DNA of 64,000 bases from the human T2T-CHM13v2.0 reference genome, Homo sapiens. Made by a program: the position numbers and the translations under genes. The notes beneath the pieces were generated by a model. It did no database searches. It saw only the letters and a program-made list of their open reading frames with translations, and was not told the DNA's origin. The stretch lies in NCBI RefSeq assembly GCF_009914755.1, contig NC_060925.1. One strand, given 5' to 3'. Positions within the stretch are counted from its first letter, which is position 1. Each line of letters opens with the position of its first letter. Below, in pieces: positions 26,561 through 39,426 of the stretch.

Positions 26561-27164
26561 TCTCTGCACTTGCCTTTCTCTAATCTTTAGCAGAAAACTT
26601 CAGTTTTGCTTTTTAAAAAATATTTTTTCTCTACAAAATATTTTTTAAAAAGCAAAACCATATATGCTTTATATTATCTATCCTTTAAAATAAAGCATAT
26701 TTATATGTGCTTTATATCTTTAAGATTTGATATAAATGTTGCTTCTTCTGGGAAGCCTTACTGTATTTCCTTAGAAATATTTACTTGGCTCTTCATCTGC
26801 ATTTTCATAGAAATCCATTTTTGTCTGTTTTAGCAGATTTCATTCCTCATTATAATTACTATTATGGTTACCTATTGTCTGCATTTAACCACTAATAATG
26901 TAGATAATTCAATGTAGAGGGACATGTGACTTGTACATCATATGCATTTAATATATGATTGCAGAATTTATGGTTACATACAACTAATTCCTGGCATCTT
27001 ACAAAGGACATTTCAGTAGCCATCTTTTTTTAAAACTAATAACTATATGGTTTTGAGTAAATTATTGAAATGCTTTTTCTGGATAATCTTTCCCTCTGCC
27101 TTTTGGATCCATGTATACTCATGTTTACTTCCCATTTCTCTCTATTATTAATTGTATAACTTCA

Positions 27165-27300
27165 TGCATGTTACTTATTTTTTGTACTTTACTTTCTTCA
27201 CCCAAAATGGAAAATTGATACCTCACAGAATTTTTGTAAGAATCATGGAAATATCATATACAGTGTTCACTATATATGCCAGGGACATGATTGGTGCTGT
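27165..27300 (+). mobile_element. MIR fragment
   Basis: ttacttat...aaaatggaaaattgatacctcacagaatttttgtaagaat. Confidence 0.5.
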
Positions 27301-27874
27301 TTAATTTGAACTGTTTTCTGCAATTCAGTGCTGACCATGTTTCTATGTCCCAGGCATAGAAAAAGAGAAACGTTAAACTCTCAGCAATGTCATGTTGATG
27401 TATGGGAAACACAAGGATCCCGAATTACCTGCCAGGTATCTACTATTGCAGAAGTTCTTTAAAGTATATGTATAGTGAACTCATTGCAGAAAAAATACAG
27501 ACTCTATAGCACACTTCTTGTCCTTATACTAGTTATCGAAGATTGAACATATGTGTTTACGGTTTGTCAGTGACATGCTTAATTACATTATTAACAGACA
27601 CAATGTCATTGGTAATTTTCTCCAAGATTCCTCAAAGCTCCAAAGCATTTGAAAGAGATTTTAGTATTTCTGTTCCTACTCTGGAAAAATAACCTATAAT
27701 TTAACATTGTAAAGCAATTGTGCATCTCAAAGATCACTATTATTGCCTTATTTTCTGATAGTTTTCTCCTCCCATGAGCTTGTGTGGGAGGGAAAAGAAG
27801 TAGTGGACCTGAAATTCCACCAAATGTGACAGTATGTGGCCAGTAATGTGCCAGTATGTGGCCAGTAATGTGCC

Positions 27875-28050
27875 ATCATATTTGCTTTAACCCTCACAAT
27901 AAATCTGAAAGACAAATATTATTGACCATTTTATAGCAGGGAAAGTGGTACAGAGAAGTTAGTCCTGTTGCTTAAAGTCACGCAGCTTTGAAGAGCAGAA
28001 TTAGGGTTCAGAGTCAAGCCTTTTAAATCTGAAGTTTATGACTCTTTCTT
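27875..28050 (-). mobile_element. MIR
   Basis: tttaaccctcacaat...ccattttatagcagggaaagtg...cagagaagttag...cttaaagtcacgcagct. Confidence 0.65.
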
Positions 28051-29124
28051 CTAAAACACCACTTATATGAAGGACTTTGAACAAATGATACCATATTGTA
28101 GTAGACCCAGCAATAACACTGTTTCATGCTGTGCCAAATGACTATCTTTGCAATATATAAAACAACATGACATAACTGTGACATAGTCATTTAAAAATAT
28201 TTGTAAAACCACCACAAAAATGCCTTTTATAATTTCAATTGTGAATAATGCCAAGAATGTTAACTCTTGAAATGTTAACTTGTGTATATACTCATGCTGT
28301 GTGCATATTAATATAAGCTTATTTTATATACATAGATCTAATACTTTTCAAATGCCATTGTTTTCACTAGATTGAACTGTCATCTGCTTTAATAACATGA
28401 AATTCTTATTTCATATCAGTATCACAAACAGCTACACTATGTTTTTTTTGACAAGCTGTATTTTTACTTTATGCTTTATTCTTGAAGCTTCAAAAATTGA
28501 TACCAGTTCTTTTCAAGACAATGTGTTCAACACAATGAGGTAAAAATACTTTTTCTTCTTATATTATCGAGTCAAATTCTAGGTGATAGAGTTCAAATAT
28601 AAACTTTGTCTCCACGCATAACTCAGAAGCTTGTGGAATGCCTTGATAGTTTGGCAAACATGTTAGATTTCAGTTGTAAACAGTGATACTATGTATTCAC
28701 AAATGCATTCATATTTTAAATGTGTATTTTCTTGTTTGTGTTTCTGGTTTTTAAATATTGTGATTCCTGATTAAAGTATCTGCTAAAAACTTAATTTTTT
28801 TAAGTGTATGATAATGTTTTTAACTCTATGTCTTTTCACATAAAAAAGGCATAGAAATTTTTCACAGAGTGAAAAGATAGAGAGTTCAAACACATCATCT
28901 ATGCCTCTAGAACTTAAGTAGAGGCTACATTAATTAAAAATGGATACTTACAGAAATGTACATTTTTTCATTAATATCTCTAAATACATAAAAATGTGAG
29001 ATCATCTATATATTTGCATGTCCATACATATGTATATATATATATGTGTGTGTATATATATATAATATAATACCTTATATATATAATAGCTATGAATACT
29101 CACATTTATCAAGCAATTACTACG

Positions 29125-30570
29125 TGACAGATACAAATCCAGATTTTGTGTGGTGAGAAGTTTAAATAACTTAGAAAAACTTCTGTAGGTAAAAATAAAA
29201 TACAAAATGAGAAATACAAAATTAAGTATGAATATGAATATTTACTTGGAATAAGAATATAAATCATTTCCAGTTACATAATTTCAAAAATCTAACAAAT
29301 CTAAAACATGGACGATTCCAGAAAAGTAATACATTTTATTACAATAGCTCTAAAATCTACTTTTTTTGGTTTTATGTTCTTTGATTATTTCTTCATATGA
29401 CAATTATTTTGTCATTTTTTTTCTCAAAGGGAGAAGAGAAAGGTAATTCCATCTTTCCATTAGGATGACTGGTTTTATTTAATGATAGTTTAGAAAAGAT
29501 TCTCTCAGCCTAATAATTCATCTTTGGTAATGCCATGTAAATTTTTGGATTGTTGTCAACTTTGGAAAAACTTTCACAAAATTTCTTTCATATATTATTG
29601 TAAGATTTCAGAGTAGTTTAGGTATTTTTGTGCAGTTACTCATCTTCAATATTCTTTGAATCAACAATACCTATTAAATAATTTGTCATTTCTATTTCCT
29701 TACTGCAGTGGCTTATATCAGTATTTTGTGTTGAATTCATAAAAAAAAAAACAACTTTTCTGCTATGAAAAAAATCTTCATTAATTAATTGGACTCTTAA
29801 ATTAGTCAAGCCTATATATTATTTGTAGTAAAATCTTTTGCTTAATGAATTGCTGACTTTGGAATGACCTGAAAATTATTTTAATTCACTTCTTATTGCT
29901 ACAGTAATTTCTACTGAATTTATATAACAACACATGCAAACATTGTTTTATTTTATATTTCACTTATAATTGTATATCTTGCTTTATCAAATATTTCTGA
30001 CAGAAGAAAAAAATCTATTTTCACTTGGTGTTTAGGAAAAGTAAATTTTTTGCTTAACATTTTACATGTTATTAAAAGAATTGCTTACTGGTTTGCTTTT
30101 GGTTTCCTAACTTTGTTTTTTCTTCACTATACACATACTTCTGTTGCCATGGGCCAGAGGACACTTTCTCATATTATGAGTCAACCTCTGGCCCCTCTTC
30201 TAGAGGTCAAAATTCTGGGTTAGTTTGCAGAGTGAGCAGTAGCAAGAATTTTTCTGGAAGCTTACATGGCTTACATATCTACCATGAATTCCTTGACTAA
30301 CTATATCTAACCATAAAGAAAATGACTTCTAATCACAAGAGTATATCCCATGAAATCCAGACAAATTATTGTTCTAACCCAAATTCCCTTAGCAAAATTT
30401 CCCATATAGTAGATATCACTCCAATGGTATCATAGAAAAGGGAAAGTATAATGAATGAGAAGAATACGTGAAAAAGTGATAGGTCTTCCTTAACTCTAAA
30501 TAACCCACTTACTTATTTTCAGATTTTGCAAAAATCCTAACACTTTGCCAGAACCTCTCTAGGGCACTTG
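29125..30570. mobile_element. Zaphod/MER115-like hAT-Tip100 DNA transposon remnant
   Basis: aatccagattttgtg...aaatacaaaattaagtatgaatatgaatatttac matches the recalled Zaphod/MER115 end; minus strand ~29430-29590 gives decayed hAT dimerisation-domain text (VFPKLTTI...NYLSLL). Confidence 0.65.
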
Positions 30571-30679
30571 AAATATATATTATTTTCATGATAAAGTTAC
30601 CCTATTTATAGTTCACATAGAGTATTTTCATACATTCCACATAGAATATATTCTACATATTCCACACAGAGTATTTTGT

Positions 30680-30825
30680 CTAATCCTCATACACATTTTT
30701 TGAGGATAAACTGCTTTAGTGTTATAAACAAGCATATTGAGAAAGAGAGAGAGAAACTGCGTGACTTTCAAAATTATAGCTAGAACCCTGGCAATTTGAT
30801 TCTGAAATCTATTGTCTTATCTCTG
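30680..30825 (-). mobile_element. MIR fragment
   Basis: tctaatcctcatacac...tgagga...gtgactttcaaaattatagctag. Confidence 0.4.
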
Positions 30826-31094
30826 CCAGGCATTTTTAATTGCATGGGGAAAATTGACTTCAGAGCATGTCAGTGGTTATGATTTGTTTTGCATCTGATC
30901 AAGTTAACCATTGATTATGTTAAGCTTCATTTAGATTTAGATTCTCTTCACTCACACAGAACTGAAGTGTGTAACAGCCTCAACTTGCCTTAACTTAGGC
31001 AATCCTTTTATCCATAACAAGCATGAAGACTAGAAAAAATGCAGATACAAAGCTAATGGAAAGAAGAGCAGATTCAATGTTATGATGCATTTTG

Positions 31095-31236
31095 CTATAT
31101 ACCAATGAAAATAAATAAATTATAGCTGCATTCCTCTACATAGATAAACATAATGAAGAAGATGTTTACCATTAAGAGGAAGTTGTTGAAGTTTGTAAAA
31201 AGTATGATTCCATTTATATAAAGTTCAAAATATAGG

Positions 31237-31271
<35 letters not shown>

Positions 31272-31470
31272 TGAATAGACCATGGAAATGAAAATGAGAA
31301 TCACAAAATTCAGGATAGTGGTTGTAGAGTTGGTGGGGAAAGGAGAATAGAATCATAGAAATGAACAAAGGAAACTTCAAAAGTATTTGTGCTGTTCATT
31401 TTATTGTTATTTCATAAGGCTTAGAGACATTTTTAAATATCTTAGATGTTAAATATTTAATTGAAACAAT
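31095..31470 (+). mobile_element. L1ME 3'UTR fragment containing (TG)15 at ~31238-31267
   Basis: agtatgattccatttatataaagttcaaaa...cacaaaattcaggatagtggtt. Confidence 0.7.
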
Positions 31471-31756
31471 CAACACATTTCAATGGGATTTGAAATAATT
31501 AGGTGGGTAGTGGGACAGTTTTGGGCTGAGAAAGACCAAGCCAAAGAAATGTAGGCAGAAGTAGCATAATTGGGTGAAACTGGGAGCTTGACAAAAAGTT
31601 TTCAGGCTTGGAGATTCTTATTCTGAGGATATCTTCATGAAAAAGCACATCTAAATGTAGGTCAGAATTTGAGAGAATGGACTCATTGAAATGCCCAAGT
31701 GAGGCAGAAACATCAATGTCCATTGTTCAAGTTGAGTCATATATCCCCAATAAAAA

Positions 31757-32113
31757 TATATTAGTTTGTTTTCAAGCTGCTGATACAGATATACCCAAAA
31801 CTGGGAACAAAAAGAGGTTTAATTGGACTTACAGTTCCACATGGCTGGGGAGCCCTCAGAATCATGGCAGGAGGTGAAACGCACTTCTTACATGGTGGTG
31901 GCAAGAGAAAAAGATGAGGAAGAAGCAAAAGCGGAAACCCCTGATAAACCCATCAGATCTTGTGAAACCCATTCACTCTCAAGAGAACAGCACCTGAAAA
32001 AATGGCCCCCATGATTCAACTACCTCCCCATGAGTCCCTCCCACAACACATGGGAATCCTGGGAGACACTATTAAAGCTGAGATTTGGGTGGGGACACAG
32101 CTAAACCATATCA
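31757..32113 (-). mobile_element. THE1 (THE1C-like) solo LTR
   Basis: aagaggtttaattggacttacagttccacatggctgggga...gcaaaagcggaaacccctgataaacccatcagatc...aaccatatca; both termini present. Confidence 0.92.
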
Positions 32114-32742
32114 GATAATAAAATAAGAATAGCTCTACAATTAGCACTGTGCTAGTGGCAAGTAATTGGGGGCAATTTAGGGAACTAATGAGCAGACATT
32201 GCATTATGTGGCAGCATTTCATTTGCTATCAGAAGATATATCTAAAATGTTTACTATATATCCAAAATAATGCCAGGTCCTGTACTAAGATATTGAGGAA
32301 ATGGCCACATAGATCCTGTGATTTTTCAGGGGCATAAATTGTGTTGCCTTTCAGAAAACATGCTCCTTAGGAGATGAAAAATAAGACAATAGCCTAGTTA
32401 CTGAATTACTGGCACAAATAACAATATCTGGTTTGACAAATTTGTGTTAGGAGCTAGAGATCCTAATTACAAGGGGAGTTATTGTTACAAACGCAAAAAT
32501 TTAGGACCTAGAATTTAAGCTAGAATTCTAGTCATTGGTGAACTGGTGTAAGAAGATTAGAGAAGGAACAACAGCAATATGATAAGTGAAGAAGGAAAGC
32601 TTCAATACTGAGCTTGTAAACAAAAGGCTAGGATTATTTTGTTTAGGATTAAAACAAAGTAGAACAGGTTGTCATGAAAGACAGGGAGGACTTAAGTTCT
32701 TTTCATTGCTGAGATTAGTTACATATACGTATGCACTTAGGG

Positions 32743-32768
32743 GTGTGTGTGTGTGTGTGTGTGTGTGT
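32743..32768. repeat. (GT)13 microsatellite
   Basis: Direct reading. Confidence 0.95.
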
Positions 32769-33074
32769 ATTAATTAGTGTAGGGATGGGGGATTAAAATA
32801 ATGTTGCAACAATGCATTGAAACTAAGTTGGTTTAAAGAAATGTAAAACTTTGAATTATTCATAAAACAATGAAATAATGCCCACAGTGTCAGTAGACAC
32901 ACACACCTCTTCCAGCCCATAGATTTTTTTTCCTTGTAACTGTTAAAATAGGCACGCTTTTTGTTTATGTTTGGTGATACTTGTTCACCTTTTTACATAG
33001 TCCATGAAGCAATTATAACAATGTATCATAGTTTCCAGTACATAGTATGCTAATATTTCATTTGCACTTTTTTT

Positions 33075-33530
33075 TTTCCACTCTTCACCTCTCTCTACCT
33101 TGCTCTGTGGCCAGGGAGGCTGATATGAACGGACTGCATCAGTGAGCATTTTTGCTTCTGGCTTGTGGTTGTGTTTCTAATAAAAGCCATCAACAGGAGA
33201 TCAAAAGACAGAAAGATAGTACAAACAGGGCATTTAGTCTTTAGTTCCCTCCAGCTGGGCCATTTTGGTCTTTACCAAAGCCACAGCTCCTGTCAAGCTA
33301 CATTATCGAGAAACTACAACTGTGATCACTGGGTGACAGTCATTTCTCCTTCCTCTTTCCCCTTCAGGCCTAGAGGAGGCAAGATCTCTTTTGCTGCAAG
33401 CCCCAGGGCGCTTCACCAATTGTTGGTCATCTGTAATTTTGCCCACACTTTTTAACAGTTTCTTTACTAAACTCTCCTAAATTACCCATTTGAGGGTGAC
33501 ACCTCTTTTTAGAAAACAATCTGATATACA
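33075..33530 (+). mobile_element. LTR33-like ERVL LTR
   Basis: ccttgctctgtggccagggaggctga...ggactgcatca...caggagatca...taaactctcctaaattacccatttgag...ctgatataca. Confidence 0.75.
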
Positions 33531-36009
33531 AAATATCCAAATGTTAATATTTGAATGTAAGTTTTCCTTTCAAATTAAATGAGATAACAGTCCTGCTTTA
33601 CTGACCATGGTTAAACCACCTGAGATAGCTGAGATAATTATTTGGCTCTGGGGTTGATTTCAACAGGAATGAAGTATAGAATGGGGGTAAAAACATGGAC
33701 CCCAGAGCCCCTAACTGACACATCAAAAGACAGGCAAAATTTTACTATTTTTATTTGTATTTCACTCAATATAAAGTGAAATGTTTTTAATGACTATAAT
33801 TATCCAGGGGTAAAATAGCATCCTTTTGAGATAATGCATACCTTTTTGTTGGAAATGTTCAAGCAGAGGCCCAATCAATATCATCAAGGCTTTCTGAGGA
33901 CTATTGCAATACTTGGTAGAATTTGAACCTAATTTGTTCTCAGGTCTCTTCTTGCTCTCTTTTGATTATTTTAAGATACTATTTGCATGTCTTTCTAGAA
34001 CAGGTTACTAAAATGTTAGGAAATGCCTGTGATAATCATAATCATGGCATGATATAAATTGAGCCTTTTGAGAATAAAAATCTAATTCTCAGGGAAGACA
34101 TTTGCAAAATTTAGAGATAGTGTACTACCTATTTTTAGTACCATTTTTATTTTTCAAAACAAATAAGTAAATTACAGCACACTTTACTGAAAGATAATAA
34201 AGGCCACAAGGTAGAAGATACTCTAAACTTTGCAGGTATTATGGGAGAAGAGAGAAAAGCAACTGATATTTTTGTTACACTATTACAAAGTCAGTAACTT
34301 CATATATCATTTTAATGTATTTATCAGGTTAATAGTAATTTAATATAATTTGGATTTTAATTATATGTAGTTCTTCTTCTCTTTAAAATATGAACTTACT
34401 TGGTCTTTTATCAACTCTTTTAAAATTTATATGCCAAATCCAAGAAACATAGAATACAACATATGTTTTGAACAAGTATATTTCTAACTTAATGATTTAG
34501 GAAGGAAACGTGCCTTCTCCTGCTGTCAAAACCAGCATTCTTTTTCTAGGTTTATGCAGCGAACCTATGCAATAATCCAATATCACCTAAATCACTTGGG
34601 CATGCTGCTGTCAAGTTGAAAATCATATTTTACACAATGGTGCTTTCCTTCAAAACACGAGAAAACAATAAATTTGCCTTACATTATGGGGAGAGTCTTA
34701 AGAAATACTATCAGTGAAAGAAGTCAGGGTCTGTTCTAGTTGCAGTTATAAAACTCATCAGCATCTTAACCATTCCAAGTGTCAAAAATCAAGAGCAGGT
34801 AGACAGCTCTCCTTTCAGAGACAGGATGAACTTTTTCACTGTGTGGTTCCCTTTGCTTTAATTAAATGCATCTCTGATATCTCTGGAATTGCAACCTTTT
34901 TGAATTAAAGTGTCTCTGTTCATTATTTAACTCTGAGTCCCTGAAAAGACAGTCTCATATGATATGTTCTCTGTAGGTACTAATTTATGATTGGCGTTCT
35001 GATGGAGAGCTGTCGGATGGCCTTCTTTCTCCCCTCCTCTTCTACATTGATTTATTGGTAGGAGGAAGCTGGCAATTGCAGTGGCAACTTTTTCCATTTA
35101 GACTTCACAGATACAGTGCACACCACTTCCAATGATTAAACAGAATGCAACTGACAGGTTTTCATTACTGAATCATAGAGAGGAGATGACACACTTTTTA
35201 ATGGCATTGGCTTTTCCTTTCTTGGATATTTAGGTCACAAGTGAGTACAATTTTGGCAGCTCCATTCTATCCCGATTTGGACATATAAAAATCTTCTAAT
35301 TTGGCACCCTAACTGCCAAATATTGAATGGCAGCTTTAGTTTCAGAGTGATGGATGATCCAAATGAGAGGCCCATTATAAATCAAGTGCATTCTGAGAGA
35401 TATGGAAAGAAAGCTTCAAGTACTTGCTCAAACTCTACCTGATACCTGCTGGAATAAATATTGTCCTTAATGACTTTTTACAGAAGAAAATAGGTCAGAC
35501 ATATTTTAACACACAGATAAGCAGGGTAGGATTGACAACAGATCTTATGTCAACCCCAACCCCTATTCTTCAGTCTATTTTTGTTTCTGCTTAAGTGCTT
35601 TTAGCCACTGGCAGAGCTAACAAATATTTTGACCTAAGATGGAGAAATGCAGAATTTAGTAGTAATGTCTATGGCAATTCAATTGATTTGACTCAAGTCA
35701 AGTTAATGGAATATGATCTAAGATCATGAGAATTGAATTCAATGAAAGTGATCCCTGGGTTTCTGTTGATGGCTTGAGTGTCATTGCTCAGCAAACCTAT
35801 GCAATGAGATTTTATATATCTAACTTAAAGGGGCTATTCTTGAAAAATAACTAGTTATCTTTGACTAGTTGCAGCTTCCAAATGATTTTCTTAGACAGTT
35901 AATTTTCTAGATTGATTCCAGGCAAGTAGGCCTTTTTATTTTTATATCAGGATAGGAATAGTAAAAGACCACTGACAAAATTTTTAATGCAAAAATTTCA
36001 GAAATTATA

Positions 36010-36320
36010 ATTCATCAATACATTAAACTCAACCTCCAGAAGCGTCTGCTATGGGCAAATTCTCTGCTATGTACTGAAACGAAAGATAACAATTTGAACT
36101 AGATAAACAGTTTCTTTACTCAAGGAGAAAATTAATAATGTAGTATTAAAAAGAATAAGCTCCATAATAAATGTATAACCCACAAACTATATTATCCTGC
36201 AGGAGAAAAAAGTGATTTTCACTTATCCACAAACCAACTCTCCCAAAATCACCCCTTTCTGTGAGGATCAGAGAAAATTTCGCAAAGAAAAGAGCCTTGA
36301 CCTAAGCCCAAAGATATAAG
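36010..36320 (-). mobile_element. L2 3' fragment
   Basis: ctgctatgggcaaattctctgctatgtactg...aaagat...ctcaaggag. Confidence 0.4.
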
Positions 36321-38269
36321 AACATGTAGGTTCACAGAAGTAATTTTAATTTATGTGAAGGTAACCAGGTTGCAGTGATTGACTGGAATACTTTAATAGT
36401 AATATGCATGAATATGGGTTTTTATAAGAAAAATTTCCCCACATCAGTCCATCCAGAGATGTACATAAATATTACAGCTATTTCCTTCAAAGGGCTTAGT
36501 CATATAAGAAGATAGTAAACACAGTTTTGTCCTCTTTAGAATATCTTAAGCCAAATAACATAATTAGATTTAGGTGCAGTGGTATTTATAATTTCAAGCC
36601 TAGTTTTCAAAAAGATAAGTGAACGTCTGAACAAAATTTTCAGTGAAAAATGGGATTTGGGTTCATGTTTTAGGTCACATATAATTACAACAAAAACAAA
36701 ATCTATTACTTAAAATTAATACATCTGTTTATATTCGGTTCATAAAAGGTGAATTATTTTGAGACATACTAGGATTTTGTCTGGGAGGGAATGAAGCCAC
36801 AGACAATCACCAGCATGGCTTAGCTGTAAGGCATTTTTTGGTCTATTGCCCAGTTAAACTATTGCAGCCTAGAGATACTATGGACAAAGAAGTTTAACTA
36901 AGAACCAACTTGATGGTTAGGAAGAGGTCTTTACACAAATGTCCCTGTGCCTATTTTCATGTTAGCTTTGTTAGACTGAACACTTGTACAATACTGAGAA
37001 CAGAACTAACCAGAGATGCTTAGCACCAGTCAGTTCACATGCAAATAGGCACTGACCCAATAAGTTTAAATGCAGAGATGATCCCTCAGCAGACAATCAC
37101 AATGTACCACTCTGGAGAGCTAGGATTTAATAAATTAGTCCTGCATCAATCCTGCTACTGAAAAGACTGTTTAGACTTGAAGCTGGCATTCACCTCAAAT
37201 TGAGAGTAAGGAGAGCTTAAAAAAGTTGCCCAAACTCTACTCCAAGATGGGGCTGGAGGACTGGGATGAAGATATTAAGGAACAGAACAGAATGAGGTCT
37301 AATACTTGGCTCTTAATGTTAAAAAAAAAAACAAAAAACTAGATTAAATTAAAGTCAAATGCTAAATAATTTGTGTAAAGGAGAATTCGCTTAGATATCA
37401 TTTGTTTTGAAACTGCTTCCAAGTCTTCCAAGACTTCCCTTCCAAAACTCTTCAAATATGGATAAAAGGATAAGTTTTGGAAAGGCAATATTAGACCCAG
37501 ATATATGTAGGCAGAATAACTTCAAAGAAGCTTTACTGGGTTCCATGCCAAAGTTAGATGACAGAAAGATAGGTCATGGGACATTCAGGAGCCCCAGTGT
37601 GAGGATGTTTACATCGTAACAGAGGAGGCTGAGAAGCATCAGTTAGAAGAGGTTTGTCAGCAGTGAACTCACCAATACAGAGTAACTATCCTCAAAGACC
37701 AGATTAATGCCAGACACCCTATCCATCGCCATGAGCCTTCATTGGCCCAAATGCCACATCCTGAGTAAACAATATGGACAGGAGAGAAATCCTGAATGGG
37801 ATTGTTTTTAACTGAAATGCCCAATAAATAATGCAAATGACTGAGTTCTCCCAGAAGTTAGTATTTGACATATAAATTAAGGTTTATGAAAAAAAGTTTT
37901 ATGTTTTGCATACCTTAGTTAGCATGGAATGCCTATCTCCTTTCCTGTCCTTTTGCTGGGATTCCTGACCCATACAGACTCAAAGAGAAAATGCCATTAC
38001 CCAGCAGCACTTCTGCCAATCAGATAAACCCAAGTGTCTGTATTTTGATTAAAGATAACTGAATCTATAAACAAACACCCACTGGAGGAATTAAATATTT
38101 ATTTATATCCACTTATATGAATTAAACACATATTCACATCCACTTATATTCCCATGAGTATCAGGTACTACAGTTAGCATCATTTTTTTTCAAGGGTTGA
38201 TTTCACTTTTTGTCTATTTTAGAAATTATTTTCAAGGTATTTATTTTGCAATGACACCCTTTTTCATTC

Positions 38270-38420
38270 CTAATTAATTCAATAATATGACTCAGCTCAA
38301 CCTATGTAAGAATCACCTATGTGCAAGTTGTCTGATAGCATTTAATATGTGCCAGAACTTATGCAAGGCACTAAAGATCCAAAGATAAAAGCTTTCCTCC
38401 TTAAGGGGCTTCCATTCTAA
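38270..38420 (-). mobile_element. L2 3' fragment
   Basis: agcatttaatatgtgccagaacttatgcaaggcactaaagatccaaagataaa...cttaaggggcttccattcta. Confidence 0.55.
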
Positions 38421-38823
38421 AATGTGCTTCTTTCCTAATAGAAGTGCTATAAATTACAAGAGAGTCAATGGATAGAGAGGTGGGAAGAGGGAGTGATTAT
38501 AAAGGCCTCTCTATTATGGAACAACAGGCAAAGGTTTACTAGGTCTTGTCTTTTCTCTGCTTCCACTAATCAAGTAACTGGCATTCTTCCCTGGGTCTGT
38601 TGCCTTTTGAGTATTTTCTGTGCTCTCAAAACAAGTCAGCTTGAGACATCTTCTTGAATGCCCTAGTAACTTATGAATGATGTGAGAGTAATATACAGAT
38701 AAGGTAGCTAAAGATTAACCAATTTATTATAAGTTAACAAATTAACTGTGGTTGAAAGAGTTTTTGAATTTTTAATAAAAAATCCCTGAATTATGATTCT
38801 GGCTTGACTCCTCATAAACCAAA

Positions 38824-39426
38824 TGTGATGGGAAGATATCTAAAGATGGCACCTGCTAGATTCCCATCCCCTAGTTATTAATTCAGACACTCATCTAAGC
38901 ACTACTGTAAAGAAATTTTGCTGAGGTTATTAAAGTACTAATAGAACTGAACCTTAAGATACAAAGATTTACTTTGTAGGCCTGACCCAATCGAGTGAGC
39001 CCATTAAAAGCAAAGAGTTTTATCTGGCTGGTGGCAACAGAGGAAATCACAGATATTTGAAGCACGAGAGGCATTCAGCCATGTAATTGTTAACTTCAAA
39101 AATGGAGGAGTCTATATGCCAATAAATGTAGCAGCTCTAGGAGTTGAGAGCTGCCCTGAGCTGACAGCTAGCAAGAAAACAAAGACCTCAGGTGACAACT
39201 GCAAAGAACTGAATTCTGTCAACAATTTAAATAAGCTTAGAAGTGGATTCTCCATCAGAGCCTTACAGTTAAGACACATACCAGCAAATACCTTGATATC
39301 AGAAGCAGGTTATCCACCCATATCATGCCAGGCTCTGACCTACACAACTTAGAGTTAATAAATAGATGTTGTCTTATGCCAATAAGTCTGTGGTAATTTG
39401 TTATGCAACAGTAGAAAACTAATACA
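38824..39426 (+). mobile_element. MLT1E-like solo LTR, apparently inside a MIR
   Basis: tgtg...ctaaagatggc start; ends aataaatagatgttgtc...gtggtaatttgttatgcaacagtagaaaactaataca. Confidence 0.85.

Noticed and set aside
33830-33965. Possible CR1/L3 3' fragment (ggaaatgttcaagcagaggc)
   Set aside because: Match too short to support by eye
35301-35319. NFI palindrome ttggc-accctaact-gccaa
   Set aside because: The spacer is 9 nt, not the 5 nt of a full NFI site; at most two half-sites
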